64,000 nt of DNA. It comes from an uncultured Clostridium sp. (lineage in GTDB: Bacteria; Bacillota; Clostridia; Clostridiales; Clostridiaceae). Made by a program: the position numbers and the translations under genes. The notes beneath the pieces were generated by a model. It worked only from the letters and a program-made list of their open reading frames with translations. It was not told the DNA's origin and did not search any database. The stretch covers positions 32,415 through 96,414 of the forward strand of contig CAYXOL010000003.1 of NCBI GenBank assembly GCA_964467165.1. Direction: 5' to 3'. Shown one piece after another: positions 29,201 through 40,681 of this stretch. The first letter of the stretch is position 1. The number at the start of each line of letters is the position of its first letter.

Positions 29201-30061
29201 TTACAGTCTGCTTGCCATTTCAGCTAAAATCTCTGCACTCTTATTCAACTCTTTTACAGAATGAACTATTTCAGTTATAGCCTCCTCTTGTTTTTCAGCG
29301 GAAGTCATTGAAATGCCAATACTCTTTTCTACTTTATCTACTGAATCCTTAATACTTTTTAATATGGTATTAATTTCAGTTATAGATTGAGTACTAGATC
29401 CAGATAATTTTCTTATTTCAGATGCTACTACACCAAACCCTCTTCCAAGTTCACCTGCTCTAGATGCTTCTATAGCGGCATTTAGTCCTAGAAGATTCGT
29501 TTGTTTTGCTATGCCCTCAATAAATTTAATTATCTCATCTGTATTATTACATTGATTAGAAGTATTTTTTACTTCTTCAACAACCTTGGTGTTTATTTCT
29601 CTGATATTTTGTATATCACTATTAATTCCATTTGCAACTTTTAATATAGATGCAGTTGCATTTGATAAGTCCGCAGACATTTTAGTTACTCTAAGACTAT
29701 TTTCTAAATTTTTACCATAAGATATTGCACCTATGATTTTACCCTGCTCATCCTTTAATGGAATTGCAACTACTCTAATGCTCATATCATTATAGTTGTC
29801 AACTGTGAAGGCTTTTATTTTGCCACTTTCCATAACATCTCTCAGTGCTTCACCCTTTGGAATCGCATTGCCCACTTCAGAATAGGCAGGCATATTTTCA
29901 CTTGGTGCGAACTTAACAAATCGCTCCTTATCTGTTAATGTAAATGAAATTTCATCCTCGAATAATTCAGGTAATTGATCTAATATTTCTTCGAAACTAC
30001 TTATTATTCTGTGCCTATCACTTGTATTTTCAGTTTCTTTTGATAATATTTTATTGATCAC
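29201..30061 (-). CDS. Soluble methyl-accepting chemotaxis protein
   Basis: QTNLLGLNAAIEASRAGELGRGFGVVASEIRKL; no TM segment; small N-terminal sensor domain. Confidence 0.9.
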   Translation of the reverse strand: MINKILSKETENTSDRHRIISSFEEILDQLPELFEDEISFTLTDKERFVKFAPSENMPAYSEVGNAIPKGEALRDVMESGKIKAFTVDNYNDMSIRVVAIPLKDEQGKIIGAISYGKNLENSLRVTKMSADLSNATASILKVANGINSDIQNIREINTKVVEEVKNTSNQCNNTDEIIKFIEGIAKQTNLLGLNAAIEASRAGELGRGFGVVASEIRKLSGSSTQSITEINTILKSIKDSVDKVEKSIGISMTSAEKQEEAITEIVHSVKELNKSAEILAEMASRL

Positions 30062-30236
30062 TTTTTTCCCCCTAGGTATTTCAATTTAATTCCCTTTTCC
30101 ATATATAACTCCCTGTTAATTTTAGTATAATAATACCATATTATAAAAGTATTTAGCAATTTTTTTTGCATTTATACAATTATTTTTCAAGAAACCCTAT
30201 TAATAGTATATGAATACAGTATTTGTATTGCTAAAA

Positions 30237-30989
30237 TTAAAACCACTCACTTACATCTTTTAATATTTTAAAATTAGTTAAATCATAATGAAGTGGAGTT
30301 ACCGTAACATAACCCTCCTTAAGATATAAGGTATCAGAGTCATCCTCATGAATATCTTTTAGTTCGCCTTTAATCTCATACTGAGTTTCATTATTTTCTC
30401 CAACAGTTCCAATATAGCAATTATTATACAATCGACTTCCAATTTTACATACTTTAATTCCCTTTATCTCATTCTCGCTTAACATTGGAATATTTACATT
30501 TAATACAATATCATTTTTAATGTTATTGTCTTTTGCTGTAATCAATATTTCCCCAGCATATTTTGAAGCCATTTCGTAATTTTCAACATTTTTATTGATT
30601 TGCATAGAAATCGCCATAGATGGTACTTTATAAATAGCTGCTTCAATAGCAGCAGAAACTGTACCAGAATATAGAACATCCGTACCTAAATTTAACCCTC
30701 TATTAATCCCTGATACTACCATATCTACTTTACCATCAATCAGCTTATTAATTGCGATTTTTACACAATCTGCTGGTGTTCCATCTACGCTAAAGGCTTT
30801 TGATTCTAATCCTTCTAACTGGACTTCTTTTACAATAAGTGGTCTTGAAAGCGTTATTGAATGCCCGCAGGCACTTCTCTCATTATCTGGTGCTACGATA
30901 ATTACTTCATGATTTTTTTCCAGTTCTTTTGCTAGAGCGTATATACCTTTTGCGTTTATACCATCATCATTTGTCAATAATAATCTCAT
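30237..30989 (-). CDS. surE: 5'/3'-nucleotidase SurE
   Basis: TNDDG, GTPADCV and SGIN.G.N.G.DVLYSGTV. Confidence 0.97.
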   Translation of the reverse strand: MRLLLTNDDGINAKGIYALAKELEKNHEVIIVAPDNERSACGHSITLSRPLIVKEVQLEGLESKAFSVDGTPADCVKIAINKLIDGKVDMVVSGINRGLNLGTDVLYSGTVSAAIEAAIYKVPSMAISMQINKNVENYEMASKYAGEILITAKDNNIKNDIVLNVNIPMLSENEIKGIKVCKIGSRLYNNCYIGTVGENNETQYEIKGELKDIHEDDSDTLYLKEGYVTVTPLHYDLTNFKILKDVSEWF

Positions 30990-31184
30990 TTCTATCCCTC
31001 CATTTAATTCCCAATTATTAATTTTATTTTTATAATTTAAAACTATTCAAATAATATGTACTAAAATAGTTTCGCTAATTTTTAATAATACAATAATTAT
31101 TAATTCTATCTTATATTATATATATAATAACAATAGATATCTATGGGAAAATACAATTCTTATTTATATAATAATTAGGCCATT

Positions 31185-31201
31185 AGTTGTTAACCGCCCC
31201 A
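31185..31201. repeat. REP-like half site
   Basis: AGTTGTTAACCGCCCCA, same motif as the arm at 29171-29188. Confidence 0.7.
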
Positions 31202-31217
31202 CTATTTACCCACTTAC

Positions 31218-31253
31218 AAAAAAAAAATTGACAGATAAACTGTCAATTTTTTT
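31218..31253 (-). terminator. Terminator of the gcv-lpd operon
   Basis: A-run-TTGACAG/CTGTCAA-T-run. Confidence 0.7.
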
Positions 31254-31262
31254 GTATTTCTT

Positions 31263-32663
31263 TTATCTCTTTTTAGTAGGCACTGTATGAATAGATTCAC
31301 CGTTTAAGCCTAATATAGCCTCTTCAAAAGCTTCAGATAAAGTTGGATGAGCATGTATCATGCTAGTGATGTTATCTACCTTCATATTATTGTTTATGGC
31401 CATAGTTCCTTCATGAATTAAATCTGATGCATGGGGTCCCATTATATGAACTCCAAGAATTGTATTGTCAAGTGATGCTATAACCTTTATTAATCCCTCG
31501 CCTTCACCTAGTGCCAATGCTTTACCATTAGCCCCAAATAAAAACTTACTTGTTTTATACTCTATGCCACTTTCTTTAGCTTCATTTTCTGTTATACCTA
31601 CATTTGCGATTTCTGGAAATACAAAAATGCAACTTGGGATTATCTCTCTAGAATTTAACGTCGCAAATCCCATAATTTTTTCTGCTACTTTTTTACCTTG
31701 GTGTGATGCCGCATGTGCAAGCATACTTTTTCCATTCACATCGCCAATAGCATATATTTGTGGGATGTTGGTTTCATAATTTTCATCTACCACAATAGCC
31801 TTCCTATTAAGCAATACACCTAAATTTTCAATATTAAGTCCCTCAGTCATAGGTGTTCGTCCGACGGATACCAGTACCTTGTCTGCAGTAAACACTACTT
31901 CTCCACTTTTACCTTCTGCAGTTACAATTAGTTCTTCATTATTCTTTTCAATACTAATTACCTTTGTATTGGTATTTATACCCATACCTTTTCTTTTAAG
32001 TGAAACACTAAGCCTCTTTGTTAAATCAGTATCCACCAGGGCAAGAATACTTGGCAAAAACTCTATCACAGTTACCTTTGATCCTAATGCATTGAATATC
32101 CCGGCAAATTCCATGCCTATAACCCCACCACCTATAATGGCTAAATTATTAGGCACTTCTTTAAATCCCAGTATACTTTCACTAGTAAACACTCCTGGTA
32201 GATTTATGCCCGGTATATTAGGCATTGATGGAGTAGACCCCGTTGCTATAATAATATTTTCCGATGTTATTTCTCTTAATTCTCCATTCTTAAGTAAAAC
32301 AGAAACTGTATTTCTATCTTTTAAAGACGCCGTTCCTAAAATTACTTCAATGTTATTAGCCTTTAATAATTGCTCTACCCCACTTACCAACTGATTAACT
32401 ATTTTGTCTTTTCTATTTTGAATTTCTTCTATACTAACAGTATATTTGTCAATTTTTATTCCAAATTCTGTAATATTTTTTAAAGTATTTAAAATTTCCG
32501 CATTTCTATATAGTACCTTTGTAGGAATGCAGCCTCTATTTAAACAGGTGCCACCAAACTCAGCTTTTTCTATAATACAAACCTTGGCACCAAGTTGAGC
32601 TGCTCTAATAGCTGCAACATACCCCCCTGGCCCACCCCCAATTACAATTATATCCTTTTCCAT
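31263..32663 (-). CDS. lpdA: Dihydrolipoyl dehydrogenase (glycine cleavage L protein)
   Basis: GGGPGG, GGTCLNRGCIP and HPTLSE. Confidence 0.96.
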   Translation of the reverse strand: MEKDIIVIGGGPGGYVAAIRAAQLGAKVCIIEKAEFGGTCLNRGCIPTKVLYRNAEILNTLKNITEFGIKIDKYTVSIEEIQNRKDKIVNQLVSGVEQLLKANNIEVILGTASLKDRNTVSVLLKNGELREITSENIIIATGSTPSMPNIPGINLPGVFTSESILGFKEVPNNLAIIGGGVIGMEFAGIFNALGSKVTVIEFLPSILALVDTDLTKRLSVSLKRKGMGINTNTKVISIEKNNEELIVTAEGKSGEVVFTADKVLVSVGRTPMTEGLNIENLGVLLNRKAIVVDENYETNIPQIYAIGDVNGKSMLAHAASHQGKKVAEKIMGFATLNSREIIPSCIFVFPEIANVGITENEAKESGIEYKTSKFLFGANGKALALGEGEGLIKVIASLDNTILGVHIMGPHASDLIHEGTMAINNNMKVDNITSMIHAHPTLSEAFEEAILGLNGESIHTVPTKKR

Positions 32664-32688
32664 CACTGCCCCTCCTTCTGAAATGTCG

Positions 32689-34149
32689 TTAAATTGGTTT
32701 AATATATTTTAAAACTGGATACCTGGCAGCACGAACTTCATCAAGCCTTCTAACAACAGTATTATATGGAGCATTCTTTAATAACTCTGGGTTTTCTTTT
32801 GCTTCCTTTGATATACTTATCATAGCTTCAATAAAAGCATCCATAGTTTCAAGACTTTCTGTTTCCGTGGGTTCTATCATAATTGCATTATCTACAATTA
32901 GAGGAAAATATATGGTAGGTGGATGATATCCATAATCTAAAAGTCTCTTAGCAATGTCTAAGGTAGTTACTTCACTTAGTCCCTTTTCTAACCCGCCTAA
33001 AACAAATTCATGCTTGCATACTTTATCAATTGGTAAATAATAATAGTCTTCCAGTTTGCTTTTCATATAATTCGCATTAAGCACTGCCATTTCACTTGCC
33101 TTTTTCAATCCCTCAGCGCCCATTGAGAGTATATAAGTATATGCACGAACAAGCACTCCGAAATTACCGTAAAAACTCTTTATCTTTCCAATAGATAGTG
33201 GTTTATCGTAATTAAGAGTAAACTTTTCTCCATTTTTTTCTATTATTGGCACAGGTAGATATGGTATAAGTGCACTTTTAACTCCTACTGGTCCACTTCC
33301 TGGACCACCACCACCATGAGGTGTTGAAAATGTTTTATGAAGGTTCATGTGAACCACATCAAAGCCCATATCTCCAGGCCTTGCCATGCCCATAATGGCA
33401 TTTAAATTTGCTCCATCATAATATACAAGCCCACCAGCTTCATGCACTAGTTTTGATATTTCTTTGATATTCTCATCAAAGAGTCCCAAGGTGTTTGGAT
33501 TTGTGAGCATTAGACCTGCTACTTCTTCATTTAATGCAGATCTCAAACTATCTAAATCTACGTTTCCTTTTTCATCAGATTTAATTTCAACAATATCAAA
33601 GCCTGCTACATTAGCACTAGCTGGATTGGTACCATGAGCTGAATCTGGTACTATAATCTTATTCCTTTTAAAATCTCCAGCATTTTCATGAAAATCTTTT
33701 ATAATCATAAGTCCTGTAAGCTCTCCATGAGCACCTGCTGCAGGTTGAAGTGAAACCTGATCCATGCCACAAATTTCAGCTAATTTTCCACTAAGATCAT
33801 ACATTAATTGTAATGAACCTTGCACTGTTTTCTCACTTTGATAAGGATGAATCCCTGTAAATGAAGAAATTGAAGCCATATCTTCATTAACTTTAGGATT
33901 ATACTTCATGGTACAAGAACCAAGTGGATAAAATCCTGTATCTACCCCATAATTTTTATTAGACAATAGAGTAAAATGCCTTATAACATCTACTTCACTT
34001 ACTTCAGGAAGGTTTATATCTTTTTTACTTAGTAAATGCTGTGGTATCATTTCTCTAATATCTATACTCTCAACATCACAAACAGGCAATTTATAACCTT
34101 GTCTTCCTTGTTTTGAGATCTCAAATATTAATTTATTATACTCTTTCAT
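32689..34149 (-). CDS. gcvPB: Glycine dehydrogenase subunit 2
   Basis: [10 protein letters not shown] and [16 protein letters not shown]. Confidence 0.97.
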   Translation of the reverse strand: MKEYNKLIFEISKQGRQGYKLPVCDVESIDIREMIPQHLLSKKDINLPEVSEVDVIRHFTLLSNKNYGVDTGFYPLGSCTMKYNPKVNEDMASISSFTGIHPYQSEKTVQGSLQLMYDLSGKLAEICGMDQVSLQPAAGAHGELTGLMIIKDFHENAGDFKRNKIIVPDSAHGTNPASANVAGFDIVEIKSDEKGNVDLDSLRSALNEEVAGLMLTNPNTLGLFDENIKEISKLVHEAGGLVYYDGANLNAIMGMARPGDMGFDVVHMNLHKTFSTPHGGGGPGSGPVGVKSALIPYLPVPIIEKNGEKFTLNYDKPLSIGKIKSFYGNFGVLVRAYTYILSMGAEGLKKASEMAVLNANYMKSKLEDYYYLPIDKVCKHEFVLGGLEKGLSEVTTLDIAKRLLDYGYHPPTIYFPLIVDNAIMIEPTETESLETMDAFIEAMISISKEAKENPELLKNAPYNTVVRRLDEVRAARYPVLKYIKPI

Positions 34150-35489
34150 TTTATACCCTCCATTGCAGCTATTAGCCCATTAATTTCAGATTTTGTCCTT
34201 TTTTCTGTTACGCAGAGTAGTAGAGCATTTTTATGATCCGGGTAATTTTTCTCTATATCATATCCACCAAGTATATTACTATCTAATAGTCTATCGTTAA
34301 TAACACAAGCACTTTCCTGTGCCTGAATCACAAATTCCTTAAAAAAAGGTTTATTAAATACCGGCTTGTATTTTTCTAGTTTAATAATTTCATTAAAAGC
34401 ATAATGTGCCTTTTGCATACTTTGATATGCCACTTCTTTTAATCCCTGTTTTCCCATAGTTGTAAGATAAATTGCAGCAATCAATGCATTTAAAGCTTGA
34501 TTTGAACATATATTCGAAGTTGCCTTCTCCCGTCTTATATGTTGTTCTCTAGCTTGAAGTGTTAATACAAATGCTCTTTTTCCATCTACATCCACCGTCT
34601 GTCCAACAATTCTTCCTGGTATTTTTCTCATAAGTTTTGTAGTTGTTGCCATAAATCCCAAATACGGCCCGCCAAAATTCATTTGATTTCCAAGAGATTG
34701 ACCTTCCCCTACTACAATATCTGCTTTTATCTCTCCTGGACTTTTTAGTATGGCAAGTGATATAGGATCCACACTCATTATTAGCATTGCTTTGTTATCA
34801 TGAGTAATCTTTTCAACCTCTTCCATATCTTCAATTATTCCAAAGAAATTAGGATTTTGAACTATAACTCCTGCCACGTTACTATCTACAAGCTCATTTA
34901 ATTTTATAGTATCAGTAACTCCATCCTTTTCGTCTACCTCTATTAGTTCAATTCCCTTAAATTTTGTATAGGTATTAAGAACTTTTCTTATTTCAGGGTG
35001 CACGGTTTTAGATACGATTATAGTTTTTCGTCTTGTGCTTTCAACAGCCATAATAGCCCCCTCAGCGCAAGCTGTAGCTCCATCATACATAGATGCATTT
35101 GCCACATCTAGTCCAGTTAAATCGCATATTAATGTTTGATATTCAAATATAGCCTGAAGAGTACCTTGGCTTATCTCCGGTTGATAAGGAGTATATGCTG
35201 TGTAAAATTCTGATCTTGAAATTAAATGTTTTATTATAGAAGGTATATAATGATCATAAACCCCAGCGCCTAAAAAGCAAACTAACTCCTCTGTACTTTT
35301 ATTTTTACTCCAAAGAGTTTTCATGTGCTTTTGCACTTCCAGTTCTGACATGGATTGGTTTATATCTAACTCTCGATTTAATCTCACATCCTCAGGTATA
35401 TCTGAAAATAGTTCCTGCACTGACTCTACACCGATGGATTTTAACATTATCTTTTCATCTTCTATGGTATTAGATATATAAGGAAACAT
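34146..35489 (-). CDS. gcvPA: Glycine dehydrogenase subunit 1
   Basis: [11 protein letters not shown] and [15 protein letters not shown]; ATG 35489. Confidence 0.97.
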   Translation of the reverse strand: MFPYISNTIEDEKIMLKSIGVESVQELFSDIPEDVRLNRELDINQSMSELEVQKHMKTLWSKNKSTEELVCFLGAGVYDHYIPSIIKHLISRSEFYTAYTPYQPEISQGTLQAIFEYQTLICDLTGLDVANASMYDGATACAEGAIMAVESTRRKTIIVSKTVHPEIRKVLNTYTKFKGIELIEVDEKDGVTDTIKLNELVDSNVAGVIVQNPNFFGIIEDMEEVEKITHDNKAMLIMSVDPISLAILKSPGEIKADIVVGEGQSLGNQMNFGGPYLGFMATTTKLMRKIPGRIVGQTVDVDGKRAFVLTLQAREQHIRREKATSNICSNQALNALIAAIYLTTMGKQGLKEVAYQSMQKAHYAFNEIIKLEKYKPVFNKPFFKEFVIQAQESACVINDRLLDSNILGGYDIEKNYPDHKNALLLCVTEKRTKSEINGLIAAMEGIK

Positions 35490-35490
35490 A

Positions 35491-35874
35491 TTATTTCTCC
35501 TTACTGCAATATTCATTATATTGCTCTTCGTTCATAAGTTCATCTATTTCTTCCATATTATTGATTTCTATAAGCATCATCCAATTTTCATAGCAGTCAT
35601 CATTTACTAATACTGGATTATCCACTATAGCCTCATTAATCTCTATTACCCTTCCGCTGATTGGAATAATCATATCAGAAGCTGCTTTAACTGATTCAAT
35701 GACCCCAAAAGTATCACCAATAGTAAAGTCTGCATCTATTTCAGGTAGTTCCACAAAAACAATATCCCCAAGCGCATGCTGTGCAAAGTCAGTAATTCCT
35801 ACATAGGCCTTATTTCCGTCCATTTTTACCCATTCATGGTCATTACTATAAAATAATTCTTTTAGTGTTTTCAT
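35491..35874 (-). CDS. gcvH: Glycine cleavage H protein
   Basis: HEW, GITDFAQ and ESVKAAS (lipoyl Lys). Confidence 0.97.
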   Translation of the reverse strand: MKTLKELFYSNDHEWVKMDGNKAYVGITDFAQHALGDIVFVELPEIDADFTIGDTFGVIESVKAASDMIIPISGRVIEINEAIVDNPVLVNDDCYENWMMLIEINNMEEIDELMNEEQYNEYCSKEK

Positions 35875-35893
35875 TTTTATATCCCCCTTATTT

Positions 35894-37003
35894 TTATTTA
35901 TTATAATTCTTCTTATAGAATTTTTTACTCACTACTTCAGCTTTCAATGATTTATCCCTAATTAAAATTTCTATTTCTGTGCCTAATTCACAATATTTAG
36001 CATCAATTAGTGCAAGACCTATATTCTTCTTTAATGTAGGAGACAAATATCCAGTTGTTACCACACCTATTTTTTCTCCTAGCATATGAACTTCATATCC
36101 GTGCCTTGGAATACCTCTTTCCTTCATCTCAAAACCTACTAATTTCCGCTTAAGACCTTCTTCCTTTTGTTTAACTAGTGCTTCTTTCCCGATAAAGTTT
36201 GGCTTCTGAAGTTTCACAAAAAAACCAAGTCCCGCCTCAAGTGGTGTAATATCCTGTGATATTTCATTTCCGTAAAGCGGCAGACAAGCTTCAAATCTTA
36301 ATGTATCCCTGCAACCAAGACCACAGGGCAGAAGTCCATCTTCCCGGCCTACTTTTAGTAGCTTATGCCATAATTTTTCTATATTTTCATTAGAAGTATA
36401 TATTTCAAATCCATCCTCACCGGTATATCCAGTTCTTGAAATAAGACATTTTATACCGTCTACAATCACATCTCTTTTACAATAGAAAAACTTAATTTCA
36501 TCTAAATTTGCATCAGTTATTTTTTGAAGTATCATTTGAGTCTTTGGTCCTTGAATTGCAACTTCTGCCACAACATCTGAGATGTTAGTAATTTCTACAT
36601 TATACGATTGTTTATTATCCAGCATCCACTGAACGTCTTTCTCTATATTCCCCGCATTTATAACAAGATAAAAATGATCATCTGAGAATTTATATACTAA
36701 AAGATCATCAACTATTCCTCCATTTGTATAGCACATAAAAGTATATAGTATTTGATTGTCTTTAAGTACCTCTACATCATTTGCAACTAAATTCTGCACA
36801 AATTCAAAGGCCTCTGTCCCTTTAATATCTACTTCTCCCATATGTGACACATCAAAAATCCCAGCATCACACCTTACAGCTTCATGTTCAGAAATTATAC
36901 CCCCGTATTGTACGGGCATTGCCCATCCACCAAATTCAATTATTTTTCCACCGTATTGACTATGAGCGTTGTATAAAGGCGTTTTTTTTAAATTATCCAA
37001 CAT
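35894..37003 (-). CDS. gcvT: Glycine cleavage aminomethyltransferase T
   Basis: [17 protein letters not shown] and [11 protein letters not shown]; ATG 37003. Confidence 0.97.
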   Translation of the reverse strand: MLDNLKKTPLYNAHSQYGGKIIEFGGWAMPVQYGGIISEHEAVRCDAGIFDVSHMGEVDIKGTEAFEFVQNLVANDVEVLKDNQILYTFMCYTNGGIVDDLLVYKFSDDHFYLVINAGNIEKDVQWMLDNKQSYNVEITNISDVVAEVAIQGPKTQMILQKITDANLDEIKFFYCKRDVIVDGIKCLISRTGYTGEDGFEIYTSNENIEKLWHKLLKVGREDGLLPCGLGCRDTLRFEACLPLYGNEISQDITPLEAGLGFFVKLQKPNFIGKEALVKQKEEGLKRKLVGFEMKERGIPRHGYEVHMLGEKIGVVTTGYLSPTLKKNIGLALIDAKYCELGTEIEILIRDKSLKAEVVSKKFYKKNYNK

Positions 37004-37044
37004 CCTTCCCCCTTCTATTTTGTAGAATATATAAATAAAAATAC

Positions 37045-37275
37045 AAAAACAGAGATGCAATGACATAGGTATAGCCTGGTGTCATTGCATCTCTGTATAT
37101 TTACCTGAGAGTTTCTACTTTACTAGTATTTCTCCTACGGCGCCACTAATTGGACTTTCCAGAGTTTCATCAAATATCGATATTTTTGCCTGAAAGCTTC
37201 TATAAGAAATTGACTATCTCTTATATTTCTCCTTCGGCTATCCCTAAATAGATATCTCCCGATATTATCATCTGC
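37045..37275 (-). ncRNA. Tandem glycine riboswitch with intrinsic terminator
   Basis: Two aptamers (GGAGA..GCCGAAGGAG..CTTTCAGG; CTCTGGAAAG..CGCCGTAGGAG..CTCTCAGG), then CAGAGATGCAATGACA/TGTCATTGCATCTCTG-T5, upstream of gcvT. Confidence 0.93.
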
Positions 37276-37482
37276 TTGCTATATAATTGTATATTATGAT
37301 CTATTAATTCAATTGTACTATACTAATCAAACGTTTTCAATATATTATTTAAAAATATAAATTTTCTTTAAAATGACTTTTTTTCTATTTCATATTTCAT
37401 TATAATAACTTTTGAGCTATAATTCAATTGGATAAATATTAGTTCATAATGCTCAATAATTTTAATACAAGGGGGAAATTTT

Positions 37483-38463
37483 ATGATTTATATAAATAAC
37501 ACAAATACTAATCCCTATTTTAATATGGCTGTTGAAGAGTATATCTTAAAGGAATTTAATGAGGATTGCTTTATGCTCTGGCGAAACAATCCTTGTATAA
37601 TCGTTGGAAAAAACCAAAATACTCTATCGGAAATTAATTTGGAATATGTAAAAATAAATAATATCCCTGTGGTAAGAAGATTATCAGGAGGAGGGACTGT
37701 TTTTCACGATTTAGGCAATTTGAATTTTACTTTTATCAAAAATAACAGTGAAGAAAATTTTAATAATTTCAGAAAATTTACTACGCCTATTTTAAATGTT
37801 TTAAATTCACTTAATATTAATGCAGAATTTAGCGGAAGAAATGACCTAACCATTGAAGGTAAAAAATTCTCAGGCAATGCACAATATAATTACAAAAATA
37901 GAGTTCTTCACCATGGAACCTTGCTTTTTTCATCAAATATCACGGATTTATCAAAAGCCCTACAATCTAAACCACTAAAATTTCAAGACAAGAGTATTAA
38001 ATCTGTATTAAGTAGGGTAACAAACATAAGCTCTCACTTAAAACAGCCTCTATCAATTTTGGAATTTGAAGCTTTGATTAAGAACTATATTATTGCAGAA
38101 AACAGTTCAGATTCCTTGTATGACTTTACAGACTTAGATTTAGCTAATATTAATAAGCTTGCTTTTGAAAAATATTCTACTTGGGAATGGAATTTTGGCC
38201 ATTCTCCAAAATATAATTTCATAAATGAAAAAAAGTTTCCCTTTGGCACAATTGAATTCAATATGCAAGTGCAACATGGAATAATAAAAGCTGTCTCAAT
38301 CTATGGTGATTTCTTTAGCAAACTTGATATCTCAGACATAGAAGCTAAGCTTATAGGTATAAATCATGTAGAATCTGAAGTTAAAAAGGTCCTTTCAACC
38401 TTTACGATTTCTGAATATTTTTCAAATGCCGTTGTTGACGATGTTTTAAGTTGTATGTTCTAA
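37483..38463 (+). CDS. lplA: Lipoate-protein ligase A
   Basis: RRLSGGGTVFHDLGN, GRND, KFSGNA and HHGTLL. Confidence 0.93.
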   Translation: MIYINNTNTNPYFNMAVEEYILKEFNEDCFMLWRNNPCIIVGKNQNTLSEINLEYVKINNIPVVRRLSGGGTVFHDLGNLNFTFIKNNSEENFNNFRKFTTPILNVLNSLNINAEFSGRNDLTIEGKKFSGNAQYNYKNRVLHHGTLLFSSNITDLSKALQSKPLKFQDKSIKSVLSRVTNISSHLKQPLSILEFEALIKNYIIAENSSDSLYDFTDLDLANINKLAFEKYSTWEWNFGHSPKYNFINEKKFPFGTIEFNMQVQHGIIKAVSIYGDFFSKLDISDIEAKLIGINHVESEVKKVLSTFTISEYFSNAVVDDVLSCMF

Positions 38464-38612
38464 AGTATCAGCATACATATTTTACATATTTAAACTTTAA
38501 TTCCAATAAAGCGTCTATTTTCTTTTTAAAGTATTATATGTATAAAGAATCTTATTGACTAAATTTAATTTTCCTATTAAAATAATATAGAATTAATAAA
38601 ATATATATTTAT

Positions 38613-38851
38613 GGATGATAATTATTGGAGATATCCCCATTGGATAACCGTAGAAGAAAAAAATAAATCTATGCTTATGATTTATTTTGAAACTTTCAGG
38701 TAACATACAATAATTTGACATGACCCTGGAGAGACTACTTAAATGTGGCATCAACGGAGCAACTTAGATAATTATCTAGGGAAACTTTCAGATAAAAGGA
38801 CAGGGAATGAAACGGCAGTTTTTTTGTTGCCTTTTTATTCCCTGTCTTTAT
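38613..38851 (+). ncRNA. Tandem glycine riboswitch (divergent) with terminator
   Basis: GGATGA leader; GGAGA..ACCGTAGAAG..CTTTCAGG; CCCTGGAGAG..GGAGCAA..CTTTCAG..GGACAGGG; then a stem ending CCCTGTCTTT. Confidence 0.85.
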
Positions 38852-38916
38852 ATATTTCATATGACTTTTTAACTTTTTTATTACTCTAATGCATACAAAA
38901 GAAAGGATGATTTATT

Positions 38917-40254
38917 CTGGAAACATCAAAAAAACTAAATTCTACTATTAATCCACAAAATACTCTAAAGAAAGAAATAGGTTTACTAGAAGCCATTACC
39001 CTAGTTATAGGTATGGTTATAGGTTCAGGCATTTTCTTTAAACCCTCCATTGTATTTAGAAACGCGGGGTCTCCAACCATGGGAATACTTGCTTGGCTCG
39101 CGGGTGGTATTATAACTATGGCTTCTGGTCTTACAATAGCCGAAATAGCAACCGCTATTCCCAAAACTGGAGGTATCTTTGTATATCTTAAAGAACTTTA
39201 TGGAGAAAAATGGGCATTTTTGTTTGGTTGGGTACAAACTGTTATTTATGTACCTGGCGCTTCTGCAGCCCTTGCAATAATACTTGCAACTCAGGCTACT
39301 AATTTTGTACCTATGAGTGAAATGCAGCAAAAATTATTTGCAATATTAATGTTATTTGTTATCACCACCGCAAATGTGTTATCCACAAAACTTGCTAGTA
39401 AAATACAATTCGTTGCAACTATTGCAAAACTAATTCCAATTATTATTATTATTGCTTTAGGTCTTATATCCGGAACAGCTCACAGTTTTTCTCTACCAGT
39501 AGGAACTGCAGCCGCTGGCGCTGGTTTTGGAGCAGCTATGCTTGGAACACTTTGGGCCTATGATGGCTGGGTAGGTGTATGTAATATAGCAGGTGAACTT
39601 AAAAATCCTAAAAAGGACATACCAAAGTCTATAATTTTAGGGGTAACCGTTATTATGGCAGTTTATATTTTATTTAATTTAGCAATTATAAACATAATTC
39701 CTATCACAGAAGTTATAAAGTCTAATACTGTAGCCTCTGACGCTGCAACGATTTTATTTGGAAAATCAGGTTCATTATTTATCACTGCTGGTATATTAAT
39801 TTCCATCTTTGGAGCATTAAATGGTTACCTAATGACAGGGGTTAGAATACCTTTCGCCATGGCACAAGATAAACTTTTACCTTTTGATAAATTCCTTGGA
39901 AAAGTTAATGAAAAATATGAGACTCCCTTAAATGCTTTTATTTTTGAAGTAGTGCTTGCTTCTTTATATGTATTTAGTGGTTCTTTTGATACTTTAACTA
40001 ACCTTGTTATATTTGTCTTATGGATATTTTTCACAATGGCAGTAGCTGGTATCTTTATATTAAGAACAAAACATAAAGATTTAGACAGACCTTATAAAGT
40101 ACCATTTTACCCAGTAGTTCCACTTATTGGAATTATAGGAGGTATATACATCCTAGTAAGTACGCTTATGACTGATACTTCAAACGCACTTATAGGACTT
40201 GCAATAACTTTAATTGGACTTCCTGTATACTGGTATATTACGAAAAAGAATTAA
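38917..40254 (+). CDS. APC family amino acid permease (SteT/YkbA-like); probable CTG start
   Basis: LKKEIGL..AITLVIGMVIGSGIF TM1, WAYDGW and RPYKVP. TM1 begins upstream of the first ATG (39013). Confidence 0.9.
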   Translation: METSKKLNSTINPQNTLKKEIGLLEAITLVIGMVIGSGIFFKPSIVFRNAGSPTMGILAWLAGGIITMASGLTIAEIATAIPKTGGIFVYLKELYGEKWAFLFGWVQTVIYVPGASAALAIILATQATNFVPMSEMQQKLFAILMLFVITTANVLSTKLASKIQFVATIAKLIPIIIIIALGLISGTAHSFSLPVGTAAAGAGFGAAMLGTLWAYDGWVGVCNIAGELKNPKKDIPKSIILGVTVIMAVYILFNLAIINIIPITEVIKSNTVASDAATILFGKSGSLFITAGILISIFGALNGYLMTGVRIPFAMAQDKLLPFDKFLGKVNEKYETPLNAFIFEVVLASLYVFSGSFDTLTNLVIFVLWIFFTMAVAGIFILRTKHKDLDRPYKVPFYPVVPLIGIIGGIYILVSTLMTDTSNALIGLAITLIGLPVYWYITKKN

Positions 40255-40261
40255 AAAAAAT

Positions 40262-40351
40262 AGAAAAGTATATATTATTACAATTGCAATTCACTGAGCT
40301 AAGTTAAGTTAAAGCTTGCTTATATGCAATTTACATAATATATACTTTTCT
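40262..40351. terminator. Long imperfect hairpin between convergent genes
   Basis: 17-bp perfect outer inverted repeat AGAAAAGTATATATTAT plus inner pairing. Confidence 0.55.
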
Positions 40352-40375
40352 TAACGTTCTGATTGAATAATTCTA

Positions 40376-40681
40376 TTATTGCAACCCTTGAATAGTTATT
40401 TTCTTTTCTAATTTTTCACGGTAAGTAAAATATATATCAGTTAAAAACCCTGTTGAAATGTTCCATGATAAGAACACCAGAATAGTTTCCAATACCATTT
40501 CTCCAATAGACTCGCCACCATAGAAATTCATATCTACAACTGCTTTAATGGAAAAAATAACATTAACTATTGGCAATATTAAACCGAGCCATTTATTTTC
40601 ACGTTTTGATAAAAATATTTGCAGTATAATAATTCCTGCTAAAAATATTAAGCATATTAAAAAAGCGGGTAAAATTTTCAT
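40376..40681 (-). CDS. Small membrane protein
   Basis: AAGGAG RBS; LQIFLSKRENKWLGLILP; three hydrophobic segments. Confidence 0.75.
   Translation of the reverse strand: MKILPAFLICLIFLAGIIILQIFLSKRENKWLGLILPIVNVIFSIKAVVDMNFYGGESIGEMVLETILVFLSWNISTGFLTDIYFTYREKLEKKITIQGLQ

Noticed and set aside
31465-32394. Long antisense ORFs (104 and 171 aa) over lpdA, and similar ones over cadA, murQ, hydAB and others
   Set aside because: Codon-bias shadows of well-conserved genes.
37326-37341. cre-like TGAAAACGTTTGA upstream of the gcv riboswitch
   Set aside because: Only a partial match to CcpA consensus in AT-rich DNA; cannot be supported.
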